64,000 bases of DNA from Amoebidium appalachense. Taxonomy: Eukaryota > Protista > Ichthyosporea. Position 1 is the stretch's first letter. Every line of letters begins with the position of its first letter. Made by a program: the position numbers and the translations under genes. Below the pieces are notes generated by a model. That model worked only from the letters and a program-made list of their open reading frames with translations, had not been told where the DNA came from and did no database searches. The stretch is taken from the NCBI GenBank assembly GCA_963693365.1, contig CAVNZM010000005.1, positions 4,285,167 to 4,349,166 of the forward strand, in the 5' to 3' direction. Of the stretch, positions 19,218 through 33,906 are shown in pieces.

Positions 19218-20396
19218 ATGGCCGATGAGCCCAGCCTCGATGGTGGTCCTACGGCCAAACACAAGCAGTCTTCTTTGGTTCAGGCCTTTGCAAACAAAGA
19301 CACGCCACAAATGACCTTGAAGTTCCACGGAGATGACAAAGATGGTGCAGGCGACCTAGACAGTCAGGCAACCAGCTTGCACTCACTAGTATCCAGTGAC
19401 GATGAAACAGCTCCTCCATCACCCCCTGGCCGTGCACGGACCTTTTTAGTTACAGTTCAGAGTGGGTACAGGGGGGTGCAGGCAGCTGCAAGGGCACAAC
19501 GGTGGGTAGTACCACAACTATGGTCGTGGGAATGGGGCAAGTTTGGGTGGTGGGCCGTGCAGCTTTTTATATGGGGGTCGGTATGCTTCACTGCATCCAG
19601 TGCTCTCAGCATGTGGCCCCTCGAGGGAAGCGCTAGCGCAGCCCAGCCCACGATTCAGGGTTGGGTTACGATGGTGGGCACGACGCTGTACTGGCTGGGC
19701 TGCTATCTTGGCATCTTGGATGCACTTAACCAAAAGCGCACCCCACCCCCGGGCACCCCAAGCCTCTGCGAGCAGCGAAAAACAGCCACCGACGTCGGTG
19801 TGGAGAACAAGCGCGGGTCACGGGGTAGCACAGGTCAGAAGGAAGCCTCGGTGATGAACCAATCAGCCGTCAGTGGGGAGACTGAAACAGCCCCAGCAGC
19901 AGCCCCTGGCCCAGGCATTAGGTGGTGGGGTTACGAGTGGAGGTCACTGTTCTGGTGGTCATGGTTTGCCTTTTTCTTGGGCACCCCCTTCTTTTGGTTT
20001 TCCAACCTGATTGCCATGCCAGGGGTTTTGTCTGCCGACTACAGTGAAGTACACCCCACCGCGTGGATGGTGGCCTATTGGGGGCAGCTGGAGCTCGGCG
20101 GTGTGCTATTTGTTGTTGGCGCCGTGTGTGGGTTGCTGGATGTACAGGGTGGACACATTTGGGCACCCAATTTCGGGCAGGTGGGCTGGTGGGCCATGGC
20201 GCTGTACCTGGCCGGTTCGGTGTGTTTTTTTCTCAGCAGCACGTTTGGCCTGGCGCAGACTTGTGCATATTGGGGCACAAACCTGTGCGGTTTTCTTGGC
20301 AGCGCTCTGTTCCTAGTGGCGTCCTATCTGCTGCTGCTCGACTCCATACACGCAAACACAACACAGGCTCCCACCACACCTACCAAGTTTATGTAG
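19218..20396 (+). CDS. Intronless multipass membrane protein, YrhK-like repeats
   Basis: 392-aa ORF with ~6 hydrophobic helices and repeated GWW...LF/YxxGSVCF motif (GWWAVQLFIWGSVCF; GWWAMALYLAGSVCF; FLGSALFLVASY). Confidence 0.75.
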   Translation: MADEPSLDGGPTAKHKQSSLVQAFANKDTPQMTLKFHGDDKDGAGDLDSQATSLHSLVSSDDETAPPSPPGRARTFLVTVQSGYRGVQAAARAQRWVVPQLWSWEWGKFGWWAVQLFIWGSVCFTASSALSMWPLEGSASAAQPTIQGWVTMVGTTLYWLGCYLGILDALNQKRTPPPGTPSLCEQRKTATDVGVENKRGSRGSTGQKEASVMNQSAVSGETETAPAAAPGPGIRWWGYEWRSLFWWSWFAFFLGTPFFWFSNLIAMPGVLSADYSEVHPTAWMVAYWGQLELGGVLFVVGAVCGLLDVQGGHIWAPNFGQVGWWAMALYLAGSVCFFLSSTFGLAQTCAYWGTNLCGFLGSALFLVASYLLLLDSIHANTTQAPTTPTKFM

Positions 20397-22046
20397 GTGC
20401 ATTTTTTTTAAAGAAAGGTACAACAGCCTGAGGCCTGCTGCCTCGAGTCAGTCATTAAGCTGGAGAGTTTGAAACATAAGAAATATGTGTGTGCAGATGT
20501 TTAACTAATGTAGATGTTAGTTATGGTTGTGCTACATGTACAGCTGGCCTGTAGCCATTGGTCAACCATGAGCTGAAGTGAGTAAACCAAAAACTTTGAT
20601 CATTGCTGCAGATACGTTGAAACTTGTATCGTTGGGGTGTCCCGTTGCAAATACTAGGATTTCTAGCATTACATATTTATTCGCTGCTCAAATAACATTC
20701 TGAGAAGCCTGTGGTTCTATGCAGCTCGCTGAATCGCTGATGCATGTATGGAACACGAAGGAAGGCCTGTTTGGCTATGGGCAAAAAACCTACAGACATA
20801 TGCGTGGAAGTGAGTTGTGTGTACTTCAGGCTGCACAATATAAAACACGCAAATGCTGACTCTAGCCGGCACTCAGTCGGTGAGACTAGCAGCTGCGCAC
20901 GCATGCACATAATTGCGTACACCCAACAGTTCTAACCTTCACTTCAGTGAAGTACACACCAACGTTGTGTTGTCTGTATATCGACAGTTCGTATGTCGAC
21001 AGCAACTTGTTGAGCATGGGTTTGCGTTGTTTTAGAAGACCGGGTCCACGGCTTCTGCAACCTTCTAAACTACATAGTACACATAAATAGACCTACTGGA
21101 AAGACCCTTTTACACTGACCACCAGCGCCCAGAGCTCCTTACCTCAATGAGTACCAACTTCAACCACCCGTTGACCGTGCCACCCATTCGAATCGATCCT
21201 CGCTGCAGAATAGGCACGCAGGCACACACACACACATAATATGCCTTCGTGATCATAGCCGATCTGCAGTGTACCGATTGCATGGATGCACGTCCTTACA
21301 CAACTGAATAAATCATAAAACCTCGTTGAAGCATGCCATAGCACAGACAGCAACAGTTGCACACAGGTCAATGCACTTTCCGACATGCACCCCAAAGAGG
21401 CTGGCACAGGTGTCGTTTTCCTTTTCCTTCCTCACCTACCCTTCGCCCCCCACATTCTTCAAAACAGTTATTATATAAGCATAGGCACGGTGAATGTTCC
21501 CAGTGCGTGCAACTGACTGTACACCCTTTGGCGGCACGCTTTCGGCTTGCTAAAAGCTTCATGTTTATAGCAGTACCATTTGAAATGCGCCCCTACGGCT
21601 TTTACTTTGTCGGCACGCATTTCGAATTAAATTGCTAAAAGCTTCATGTTTATAGAAGTGATAAAATGTGACCCTATGGCTTTTAGCAGGCAGGCTGCAA
21701 CCGTCATAAAAAAGGCTGTGTATTGTTTTTGGCACCGGGGTCATCTTCGACACAGGCGGTCACACCATGTTTTTTGAGTTTCTGCACCTACACAACCGCC
21801 CTCCGGCTGAGGCTCCAGCTCGGCGCTGGTGAGAGAAAAAGTTTCGTGAGCCACGAGTTTGGCGCCCATATCGCGGCCCAGCCAATCAGTGGCCGCAATT
21901 CACCTCGATAGCAGCTATCGGCCAGTGCCCAGCATCTGCTTGTCACGTACGCCCGAGATTCTTCTGCTCACCTCAAAAGAGCGAACACCATCAACACACG
22001 TGTGTTATGTGTTTGTGTGTGCTCGTGTGCAAGCCAGACAGAGAGA

Positions 22047-23639
22047 ATGCTGGAGCTGTTGTTTGAGATTGTGCAGAGCCTTGCACTGGTTGTCTTCTAT
22101 TGCTTGCAGACTCTGCTGGGTCTGGTCTGGCCCCAGCGTCGGTCGCTCAAAGATGAGGTTAGTGTTCCCTCCATGTTCGTAATCGTCCTAGCCTGACTCT
22201 GTGGTGCCTTTGTCTGTGCGAGTGTTGCTTTTTTCCAGCGTCTGCCTAAGGAGCAAGACAGCCAAATATTAGTGCCCTTGTAAGCCTGTGCGAGTTTTGC
22301 TTTCCTCAGTGCCTACCTCAGGAGCAAGACAGCTAAATGTTATATGTTTTCCAAAGATACGTGCAATAGCTGACCTGCACGTGCAGGTTGCTCTGGTCAC
22401 AGGGGCGGGGTCTGGCATTGGGCGGCTGATGGCACTGCGCCTGAGCGAGCTTGGGGCTGTTGTTGTTCTTTGGGACCTCAACGAGGCAGGTGTCCAGGCG
22501 GTGGCCAAGGAGGTGCGCGCCAAAGGAGGAAGAGCGTTCGCTTATGCTGTGGACGTGACAAACAGCGAGCTGGTGTATGCTACTGCAAAGAAGGTATGAG
22601 GCGTTTGTAAGGCAAGGACTAGTCCATTTGGTTGGTCTGTGGGTTGCAATGGGAACATGAGTCGGCGGGGTGGTGTCGAAGTTATCTCCTTGCGGAGCAT
22701 AATGCCTGTAATCTCTTTGTCAACTGATTCATGTCGTTTGAATCAAGTTAGCCTGTTTTAATGGATTCATAGGCACCATGTGGTGGTGCTTGTACTTAAT
22801 TGTGTTCTTGAAGGTCGAAGAGGAGGCCGGCCCAGTCAACATTCTTATCAACAACGCCGGCATTGTTACTGGCAAGAAACTGCTGGAGTGCCCCGACGCA
22901 CTGATGCGGAAAACGGTTGAGGTCAATTCGATATCTCATTTCTGGACTGTGAAGGTATGCGGCTGTTGTTGTTGTCATCACTTGTACAAACCGGGATGTG
23001 GGGTAGTTTTGTTTGTGTGCTTTTATATGGTGATGGTGCTTCGGGGGGAGGGGGTAGGGGGGAGGGAAGCGGGAAGAAGAGAGATTGGGAGGGGGGAGAG
23101 GAATCGGAACGTCTGGAGAGCCAAACAAGCACACCAACCTTTTTTCGTTCTCTTGTGATGTTGTACCTTTTCACCGATGCACCTTATTTATTGGATTCTT
23201 GCGATCATCGTGCCTCTGCTTTTCCAAAATGTTCCTATGTGGAGGAGTATTTTCTTGTTCCTTTTTTTTTTGAAGGGGAGGGGAGGGGAGGGGGGCTTTC
23301 CAAAAGAGTAGGAGGTGGCAAGAGTTGGGGTAGGAGTAGAGGGTGGACGGGAGGCAGCTGTGGTGTTGGTGGATGCGAATTGGGGTGATGGCTCTGATGC
23401 GCCCGACTCATCCAAGCATGGTGCGCTTACAGGCGTTCCTGCCCGCCATGCTTGCCGCCAACCACGGGCACATCGTCACCATTGCCAGTGCAGCTGGGCT
23501 TGCCGGCACCCCCGGGCTGGTGGACTATTGCGCCTCCAAGTTTGCGGCCGTGGGCTTTGACGAGAGTCTGCGCCAGGAGCTTGCCCGTCTGGGCAAGACA
23601 GGCGTCAAGACCCTGTGTGTCTGTCCCTTGTATGCAACA

Positions 23640-23672
<33 letters not shown>

Positions 23673-24562
23673 ACACACACACCCAATCCCCCCTTCTTGC
23701 TCTTACACAACTGTGCGTTTTTGGCCACGATCGGGTAGATTTGTTTAGAATAAGCTGTCGAAGCAGAGGAGGGGTCAAGGCCTCTGATCGAAGCCACGTG
23801 TGAGGAAGTTTGCACTGGCCATTGGGCTAGGGATCGTCGCTTTTTGTATGCCGAACCAAGTCTTGCACCCCTACGTGTGTAGGAAGCGTGCATAGGAGAG
23901 TTTGCTTTTCGTGCAAAGGAACATATGCATGTTTGAACGTCTTGTATGTGTTTTTTTTGACTCAATATCACTAGGTGAATACAGCATGTCATGGGGCGAA
24001 GTTTTTGGAGACAACTTTTTCGGGGTCCATTATAATTGATTTGAGCTATTAGGGCTTTATTCCGATGCTAACAGTGGCTCCACAGCTTCATCAAGACGGG
24101 CATGTTTGACGGCGCAAAGAGCAAGTTCCCCCTGCTGCTGCCCCTGCTGGAGCCTGAATACGTGGCCAATAAGGTATGTATGCATCCACATGCACACCAA
24201 GTACGTGTTCAGTTCTTCTACTTGTAGCTAGTATGCATGAAATTGTAGAAATTCTACTGGTTAATTTTCGAATTTGGTATATCTTGCGTTGGATAGAGTA
24301 TCCGGTATCCGGTAAACCTATCTAAGCGACTATCCCGTCGTGTCTAATCATTTGTAACAAAAATAAAATAATGATAATAACACGCGGGGTGCAGGTTGTT
24401 GAGGGGATCCAGACAGACCAGCAGGTGCTGATCATGCCGTATGCCGTCAACCTGACCTTCATCCTCCGTGCCATCCTACCCTCCAAGGCTCTAGACGAGT
24501 GTGCCCGCCTGCTGGGAATGCACGAGGCTATGGATGACTTTAAGGGTCGCAAGGCCTTCTAG
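22047..24562 (+). CDS. Short-chain dehydrogenase/reductase, SDR16C-like (RDH10/RDHE2/HSD17B11 group), 6 exons, 303 aa
   Basis: Exons 22047-22157, 22387-22593, 22814-22954, 23433-23629, 24086-24173, 24395-24562 in frame. N-terminal anchor, [28 protein letters not shown]. Confidence 0.93.
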
Positions 24563-25394
24563 TGGCCGGAATGTATTAAAGGGACAGCCCGCCGCCCCAC
24601 CTTTAAGTTTATCTCTCTATGTGTTTGGGGCAGGCCTGCCGCCCTGTCAGATATTACTGGCCCCGGCTGGCTTGGGTAGGCACTGCGGCCTTACTGGCAC
24701 GTACGTACGTGGGCCGGTGTGAAGCTAGTAGGTACATATAAACTTTGTATATACACATGGCTCCGGGCCTGATATATAAGTGCTTCTAGACTGCAATAAA
24801 CTATGTCTGTACATGTCGGGCGCATGGCCAACTAAGTAGCATGTATCTGTCTCCTTCGTGCGGTGCTCACTCCTTCCTTCCTGCATGGCTGCTACACTAA
24901 GATGATGGGCACTAGACGTGCCGTGGCCTCACACTCCTGCACGTGCAAAAGGTCAGATTTCAGCAAAATGTGTATGGCCGACTTACCACTCCTTTTCCTC
25001 TTCCTTTTTCCTTTTTTTTTTTGTACGTGTGTGTGTGCATGGGCGGAGGGGGGAGGGAGGGGGGGGGGGGAGGGGAGGGTTAGCATGCGTTACATTACGA
25101 TGTACACACCCGGGGGGTTTGGGGCGGGTGGGTGGGTGGGTGGGGGGAGGGAGGGAGGGGGGAGGGGAGGGTGGGTGACTGGGTAGGCCTGCCGACTGGT
25201 GGATATGTGCTGTGATGATCAGTGTAAATACAGCGGGATGATGGTGTGTGCGTGTTTCTGCAAACCCCGAGGTGGATCCAATGGATGAGGGGGGGGGGGG
25301 GGGGGGGGGTCTGCTACTGCAGATCCAGTAGCATGCATATATGGAAGCAAGCAATGAGCAAGGGAACAGGGAAGGCGTGCTTGCACCTGCTCAC

Positions 25395-25483
25395 CTGCTG
25401 GCTGGCTGCAGGCTGGGCGGCTAGCTGCTCCTTGAGTTGCTTGATCAGCGCTGCAGGAACTGGGTGAGCATGTGTGCTATGAC

Positions 25484-25571
<88 letters not shown>

Positions 25572-26331
25572 GATGTGCGTGTGTGTGTGCGTGTGCGTGT
25601 GCGTGTGTGTGTTTGCGCCGAAGCATGAGGTAGGGCGATTTATGTGGGTGTGTGCACATGCACACGACCTACCTCTCTGTTGGCGATCCCTTAAGCGTAG
25701 TCTCTCGACCCACTGCTCCAGCTGCGCAACTCTCCCATTCTGCATGACCCCCATCGCACCATCAGCCATGTTTTCCAAATTAAATCCAGTCATCGCACAC
25801 AAACACACAAACACACACAAACACACACACACACAAACACAAACATGCACGCACATCCACCCTTCGACGCCCACCCTACATGCCCACGCACGCATACACC
25901 GACCCACCGACCCACCGACCCACCCACCCACACCAACACACACACACCCACCCACCCACCCACCTGCACCCACACCCGCCCACCCACCCACCCACCCACC
26001 CACCTGTTCACCAGCATCCTTTGCCTGGGCCTGGGCCCTCTGCAGCTCTTCCTGCAGCTGCACCAGGCGCAGCTCACGTGCCTCCAGCTCCCGGGCCTAA
26101 AACAGTTGTGTCAGAATCATGTATTTCTCTTGCTGAGATATCTACGTTGCTAAGACATGTAAGCTAAATGCAACACCTGACCAATTTTTGTGCTAATTCC
26201 TCCATGTGAATGCTCATACGCGTTGTAGGTGGCAGCTTGTGTGCATACTGCCTTTCAACGGTTTGTGTGTGTGTGTGTGTGTGTATGCGCTTGTGCTCGC
26301 TCGAGTGGATGCCCTGGGGAGGAGGGGGGGG

Positions 26332-26363
<32 letters not shown>

Positions 26364-27944
26364 AGGTGGTCGAACTCGCATATGTGCCTGTGTATGCCCA
26401 CCCCTTTTTTTTCTGTGCCTATGTGTGCCCACCCAACCTTTGTATATGTGCCTGTGTAAGCCCACCCACCTTGTATCATATGTGCCTGTGTATGCCCGCC
26501 CCACCTTTGTATATGTGCCTGTGTAAGCCCACCCACCTTGTATCATATGTGCCTGTGTATGCCCGCCCCACCTTTGTATATGTGCCTGTGTATGCCCACC
26601 CCACCTTGTATCATATGTGCCTGTGTATGCCCACCCCACCTTTGTATATGTGCCTGTGTATGCCCGCCCCACCTTTGTATATGTGCCTGTGTAAGCCCAC
26701 CCACCTTGTATCATATGTGCCTGTGTATGCCCGCCCCACCTTTGTATATGTGCCTGTGTATGCCCACCCCACCTTGTATCATATGTGCCTGTGTATGCCC
26801 ACCCCACCTTTGTATATGTGCCTGTGTGCGCCCACCCGTCCTTTTCCAGCTTCACATGCACATCCGTGTTCACATATATCACACTTACACTCACATCCAC
26901 ATGTACGAGCACACATACCTGATGTGCCAGCAGCGCCGTCTGATCTTTCACTGCCGCCGTCAGCGACACCAAACTACTATTGTCGTTATTATTCCTAATT
27001 CCCGTTTCGTTCCCATACTGCCTGAGCTCACTTGCTAGTGTAGCCAGTGCCTGATCTCTATCAGCCAACTGTGCATACAGGCCAGCAAGCTGTCTATCCC
27101 TCACCCTTAACTCTTCCTCGGCCGCTCTTAACTCTTCAACCGCGGCCGTCATTTGCTCCACGGCCCCAGCCAATTGCACCTCCAAACCTTCCAACTCTCT
27201 ATCCATAGCCTCAATCTCCGCCTCCCTTCCGGCCCCCACCGCCTGTTGCTGGTCCAAAATATCCTGCAGCCTCCCCAACTCCTCATGGGCTGCCTGCAGC
27301 ATTTCTGGGTCCTCACGCCTGCCCTCGGCCTGGGCTAGCTGAGCCCTTAATTCGGCCACTAATGTGTCTCTTTCTCTCAATTCCTCGGTCAGTTGACTAA
27401 TTGCCGCGGCCCGATCTGCCACACTAGCCCCCAGACTTGCTGCTAGGGCCTCGGCATCTCGTAGCTCTGATGAGAGTTGGGCCAGTGCTTCCTCCCTGGA
27501 TGCTAGCGCTTGCTGGAGCTCGGATATGTGGCCGGTGTCCTGATGTATGCCAGTTAGACCGTGTTACCACCCTCCCCTCCTGCCGCTTCCACATTCCCCT
27601 CCTACATACAAACACGCCTTCCTAAGGGAGAACAAACGTCTATTTGCACAACAATTGGCGCGGGCACACACAAGGTGGAATCACACAGTAACACACACAC
27701 ACGTGAAAAGAGGGCCGAAACATCACACACACACACACACAGACAAACAGACCACCCCCCCTTCCCCCCTCCCCCCCCACACACAGAGACACACACATGA
27801 CAGACAAGACACAGACACACACACGCAGGAAACAAGAGCAGCCACACACAACCCGCACACATACACGCACCCCCCCCCCCCCCCCCCCCCCCCCCCGCCG
27901 CCCCGCCCGCCCGCCCACCCGCACGCACGCACGCACACAAACAC

Positions 27945-28010
<66 letters not shown>

Positions 28011-28592
28011 ATACACACACACACTCATACACACACACACGGACACATACACGCACAACACACCTCGCGTGGTTGTGAGCGCTGCTGCACGCGTGCGGCC
28101 TGCAGCTCGTCCTGCAGCCGCAGGAGGTCTGTATCTTTGAGGGCCAGTGCCTGCTCCAGCTCGGCCAGCCGCCCATCCTGCTGCTGCAATGTTAACACCA
28201 AACACTATGGGCCACTCCCCCAACACCTGTGCTGCTTTCCAATAACTTTCCCACCACCCTTGCTGCGAACTTACACATTTGCACGCAAACCTTTTCTGCG
28301 ACAGACACTCTCCCATGAAAACAGACAACACCCACACACCCTCATCCATCAACCCATCCACCCACAGAGACACCACACGCACACACACTTGCGCACACGC
28401 CCGCGCGCACGCACGCACGCACACACACACACACACAGAGAGGGTGGCATTAAAATACTTACAGAAAGATTATAACACACACACAAACATGCAAGCAACA
28501 CACAAGCACTCACACATGCGCATGTAACCGCACCCACACGCACACACCAACACACACACACCTCGTCCACGCATGCATGAACGAACATGCAA

Positions 28593-28627
<35 letters not shown>

Positions 28628-31178
28628 ACACCCACACACCCACACACACACCTCGTGTGGTTGTGAGCGCTGCTGCATGCGTGCAGCCTGCAGCTCGTCC
28701 TGCAGTTGCCGGAGGTCTGCGTCTTTAAGGGCCAGTGCCTGCTCGATCTCGGCCATAGCAAGTGTCTGGTCCAGCTCGTTCATAGCAAGTGCCTGCTCCA
28801 GCTCGGCCAGGCGCCCATCCTGCCGCTGCAATGTTAACACCAAACACTACATCAAGCATTTGCCCTCTACCCTTTTCCCGTCTACTCCTCATCCACCCCT
28901 CCTAGCTGCCCAGCCGCCATTTTCTATATTGTTCATCCTTCTTCATGCCCACTCTACATCTACGCACAGACAGGGATTCTTGCCCACAATGTGCCATACT
29001 TGCATGTTGTCACTGAGTTGAATACACCCAAAGCACGATTGATTTCTAAGTTTCACGTGCACATTTGCACTCCCATACAGTAGCTAGTCCTCAAAGATGC
29101 CTATCTGGGCACTCGTTCACCAATTTATTTGCCCACATCTACACGCACAACCGAACAAACACCTCCAATACACATTCACACACACTTACCCCCCCCCCCC
29201 CCCCCCCCCCCCCGCCCCTCTCCCCCTTCCCCCCATCCCCTCACACACAAACACAAAAATGTTTACGCACACGCACACACACATGCGCCTACAGAAAAAA
29301 GGCACACACACACCTCGCGTGGTTGTGAGCGCTGCTGCATGCGTGCGGCCTGCAGCTCGTCCTGCAGCCGCCGGAGGTCTGCGTCTTTGAGGGCCAGTGC
29401 CTGCTCCAGCTCGGCCAGCCGCCCATCCTGCTGCTGCAATGTTAACACCAAAAACCAAAACTTTGTAGACAAAACATACACCCAGACGATCTCCCTCCCT
29501 CCCTTCTGAAATTCCCAGCCGTTTTCTTTCTATATGCAGAACAGAACTCAGTAATGCATCAATCAAACTTCCATGGCCAGCTGTGGTACTAGCATATGCG
29601 CACCATCACAGAGGTAGCAAACACAGCATGCACCAACATACGATGATCAGAGACTTATAATACCTACTACCCTATTACCAAGACGTGCGATGAAGTACAG
29701 ACCTCAAGCACTACCAGTGCACACTACACACACTCATACCCGGTTCTTTGCCCACTGATGCACATATGGGCACATTGTGCACAGGCAGGCCACACCCCCA
29801 CACGGATACACACCCATCCAACCGCACACCCACACATCCACAAACCCACACCCACACCCACACCCCCATCCCCACCCCAACACCCTCGCCCCCCCACCCC
29901 CACCCCCACCCCCACACACGCACCTCGTGTGGTTGTGAGCGCTGCTGCATGCGTGCAGCCTGCAGCTCGTCCTGCAGCCGCCGGAGGTCTGCGTCTTTGA
30001 GGGCCAGTGCCTGCTCCAGCTCGGCCACCCGCCCATCCTGCTGCTGCATTGTCAAAACGACCCCCTTCCCCTTCCCCCCCTTCTCCCACCCGTCACCCGC
30101 CCTTTTCCTACCCTTCCTGCTTGTTCCCTTTCTGTCCCCGCTTACATGCGCTGCGCTCCAAATTCTACCTACGCTTATGCATGGGCATACCTACAAAATA
30201 GAACATGCACAGAGATGCAACGATGTAAACACTTGATGTTGTTTTTAACTAACTGCACAGTTTGATACGCGTGTGCACACACGCACACACCTCGCATCTG
30301 CCAATCCCGCTTGCGCACCCACTTGCCCATGAGCACTCACAAAACAGACACATACACCCCCCTCCCCCCCCCCCCCCTCTCCTCTCCCCCCCCCCTCCCC
30401 CACCCACCCACCCCATCCCCCCACCCATCCCCCCGCCACCTACCCACACCCACACACACCTCGCGTGGTGCCTGTGCCTTTTCCAACCGCCTTCTCAACA
30501 CATCCACGTCCATAGTCAACCTCTCCACCTCTTTTTTTGGTCTTTCAACCTCTGCCCGTGCCTGTCCCAACTGCAACTCCAGTGCCACCACAGCAGCCTG
30601 GCTGGTTTTGGCCGTAGCCTTGTGCCTGTCTGCCTGCTGTCTGGCTGCCATTAGCTGCCCCCTTAATTCCTCTGCCTCTGTCTGTGCATGTTGTCTTGCT
30701 TGCTCCGATTCTTTCCCTGTTGAACCAAACGTAAGCAACACACATCAGAATCAACCTTCCACTCCTCCCCCTTTCCCCTCCCTACACACACACACACAGC
30801 TCCTCCTAACCTCTTCTCTCCCCCTCCCCTTCTTCCCCAAAACCCCCTCCCTCCTCCCCCCGGCACCTCCCCTGATCCGCCGCCTGACCTTTCCCTCCCT
30901 GCCCGCTGAACTTTCATGCCCTTTATCCCACCCTCGCTGCTATCTGTACAAACTCTTCCGAAAACACACGTGCACACAGACACACAGACACACACACACG
31001 CACACACAATTTCGCACACACACCCACCCACCCGCCAACCCACCCACCCACACCCACCCACCCACACATACCTTCCCCCCCCCCCCTCCCCCCCCCTCCA
31101 ACCCCCCCGCCCACCCACACCCACCCACCCACACCCACCCACCCACACATACGCCCCCCTCCCTCCCCACCTCCCCCT

Positions 31179-31218
<40 letters not shown>

Positions 31219-33285
31219 CCCTCCCTCCCCCCCCCCCCCCCCCCCCCCCCCCCACCAACACACGAACCCCCAGCCCCTCCCCCTCCCCCCCCCCCCCCCC
31301 CCCCCCCGACACACACACCCAGTGCCTGCAGGGTCTGCAGTGACTGTCCCAGCCTAGCCAGCTCCTCCCTCTGTGCTGCCTGCTGCTGCTGCTGCTCCTC
31401 TACCGTCTGCTCCATGCGCTCACGTTCCTGCCCCCAAACATTAACCAACACCCCTCAACACATGCAGCTTAGAGTATTTGGAGAGCAATACATTGCCCTG
31501 CCTCAGTGGACCCTTAAAGTGTTAGTTGCAACCATCAATTAGGTACCAAGAGCATGTGTGTCTCTGTAACTGCATGCACACTTCTTTGGGTGTCTGTGTG
31601 CCCCTCCCTGTGCGTGACAGTATTGCCTACGTGCTTGTGTCCACCTGTGCATGCATGTCTTTTTTATGTGTGCCCCTATATCTGCCCATGCCTGTGTGTG
31701 CCCCTATACCTGCCCATGCCTGTGTATGGCCATATACCTGCCTACACCTGCGTATACCCTTATACCTGCCCATGCCTATGTATGTCTCTATACCTGCCCA
31801 TGCCTACTTATGCCCCTATACATACATATGCCTACATATGCCTCCACCTACCACTCACCTTCTCAGCCGCCTGCAGTTGCTGGTGCATATCGTACACAAG
31901 CTCCTCCCACTCACTCTGGCAGCCCTCCAACCGGCTGCTTACCCAGTCAGCCCATTTGTCCCCCCCCCCCCCCCCCCTCCCCGGGCTTCCTCTTCCCTAC
32001 CCCCCCCCCCCCCCCTCCCCCTCCCCTCTCTCTCTCTCTCTCCCCTCCTCCCTCCTTTCCCCCCGTCCCGGGGAGCAAACCGTGCACACACACCTGATCT
32101 CTGCCTGGCACTCGGCTAGCTGCTGCTCCAGTGATGCCTGCACCCAACCCCATCGTTAGCACACCAACAGATCAGAGGGGGTACTAAGCTATAGCCACGT
32201 GGGCTCAGGTTACAAGAACAGTGGGATATAGAACCACATGCAAACGGCTGATAATAGAATACCATACAGTTACATCAAGATTTAATCCATGTAATACAGA
32301 GACAATCCCTGTACACCCACACAGAAACACCCATCACACATGCAGATATACACCAACAACCACATGTGACCATCACGACACCACAAAGAAAGGTTATACC
32401 CAGTCCCACACACAGACACTACACCCACCCACCCACCCACACCACCCACCTTGCCTGAAGGGCTGAATGTACCCCCAGCAGCCAAACTTCGTGCCCTGAC
32501 CGGGCTGGGGAGTCTCCCCTCAGGCTCAATAACATCACGTCCTACAGACCCACGGGGTGCCAGGGAATCCCGGCTGAGAGGTGGGGGTTTTTGCCGTGTG
32601 GCCAAACTATCGTGCGATTGTGGGCGGGTAGGCGGGCTGTCAGGCTGACGGGTGTGTTTGGGGGGGCTAGGGGCGATATCTGATTCGGGCTCACTAATAT
32701 CCCCCTCCTGCTGCCAATCTTCCTCCTCTTCATACGAGTCTTGATCCTGGGGGTTTGGGCTATTTTGTTCGTCTTGCGAATAAGTCTGTTCTGTGGCCGG
32801 GGAATAATAGATGTGGGGGGGACTTGGTGGTGGGCTCTGCGTGTGCGTGCTGCTTTCATCGTCTGTGTAATGGCTTTTTCTGGGCCCAAATTGCGGCTCC
32901 TCGTCCCCCCACCGGTTCTTGTCAGGTGTCACATCCGGTTTACTGTCTGTGCTGTAGGATAGTTTGGAACGGGGACCCTGTACCCAATATGAACGTGTTA
33001 CTATGTGCAGTAGTGTGGTGCATGCTAAGGGAAAACAACTGGTTTAAACACATTTGGAGAGAGGGAGAGGGAGAGAGACACAAAAGAACAGTGAACAAAC
33101 ACATGCAGAAAGAGAGAAACGGAGACGCATAAGTGACAACCAACACACTAAAAAATACACACGTGAGGCTGTACACAATCCGGGAAAAGTATGCACGATG
33201 GAGGAGGAGAGAGGGAGCCTGGGAGTGGGAATACACAAATACACACAGGGAGTGAAACAGAGAGACATGTGAAACCTACACACCA

Positions 33286-33325
<40 letters not shown>

Positions 33326-33381
33326 CTCCACATAACTTAGGACACGTGTGCATGCATAACGTACACACCCACACATATACT

Positions 33382-33412
<31 letters not shown>

Positions 33413-33474
33413 AACCACACACAACATGCACACATGCACACACGCACACGCATACACACACACAGAGGCGCGCG

Positions 33475-33543
<69 letters not shown>

Positions 33544-33737
33544 GCATGCCTGCACACCAATGTATTTGCACACACACCCCCGACGCACACAACACCGAGA
33601 GTAAAGAGAGGGGAGGGGGGGGGGAGGGAGAGAGAGAGAGAGAGAGACAGATAGAGAGAGAAAGAGAGGGAGGGAGAGAGAGAGAAGGAAAGAGAGAGAT
33701 AGAGAAAGAGAGATGGGGGAAGGGAGAGGGGGGGGGG

Positions 33738-33829
<92 letters not shown>

Positions 33830-33853
33830 AAGAAGAGAGAGCGGGGAGGGGGG

Positions 33854-33906
<53 letters not shown>

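Noticed and set aside
21547-21654. 24-bp direct repeat TTGCTAAAAGCTTCATGTTTATAG as a target-site duplication or att site
   Set aside because: Only 60 bp lie between the copies with no element features; most likely a local duplication.
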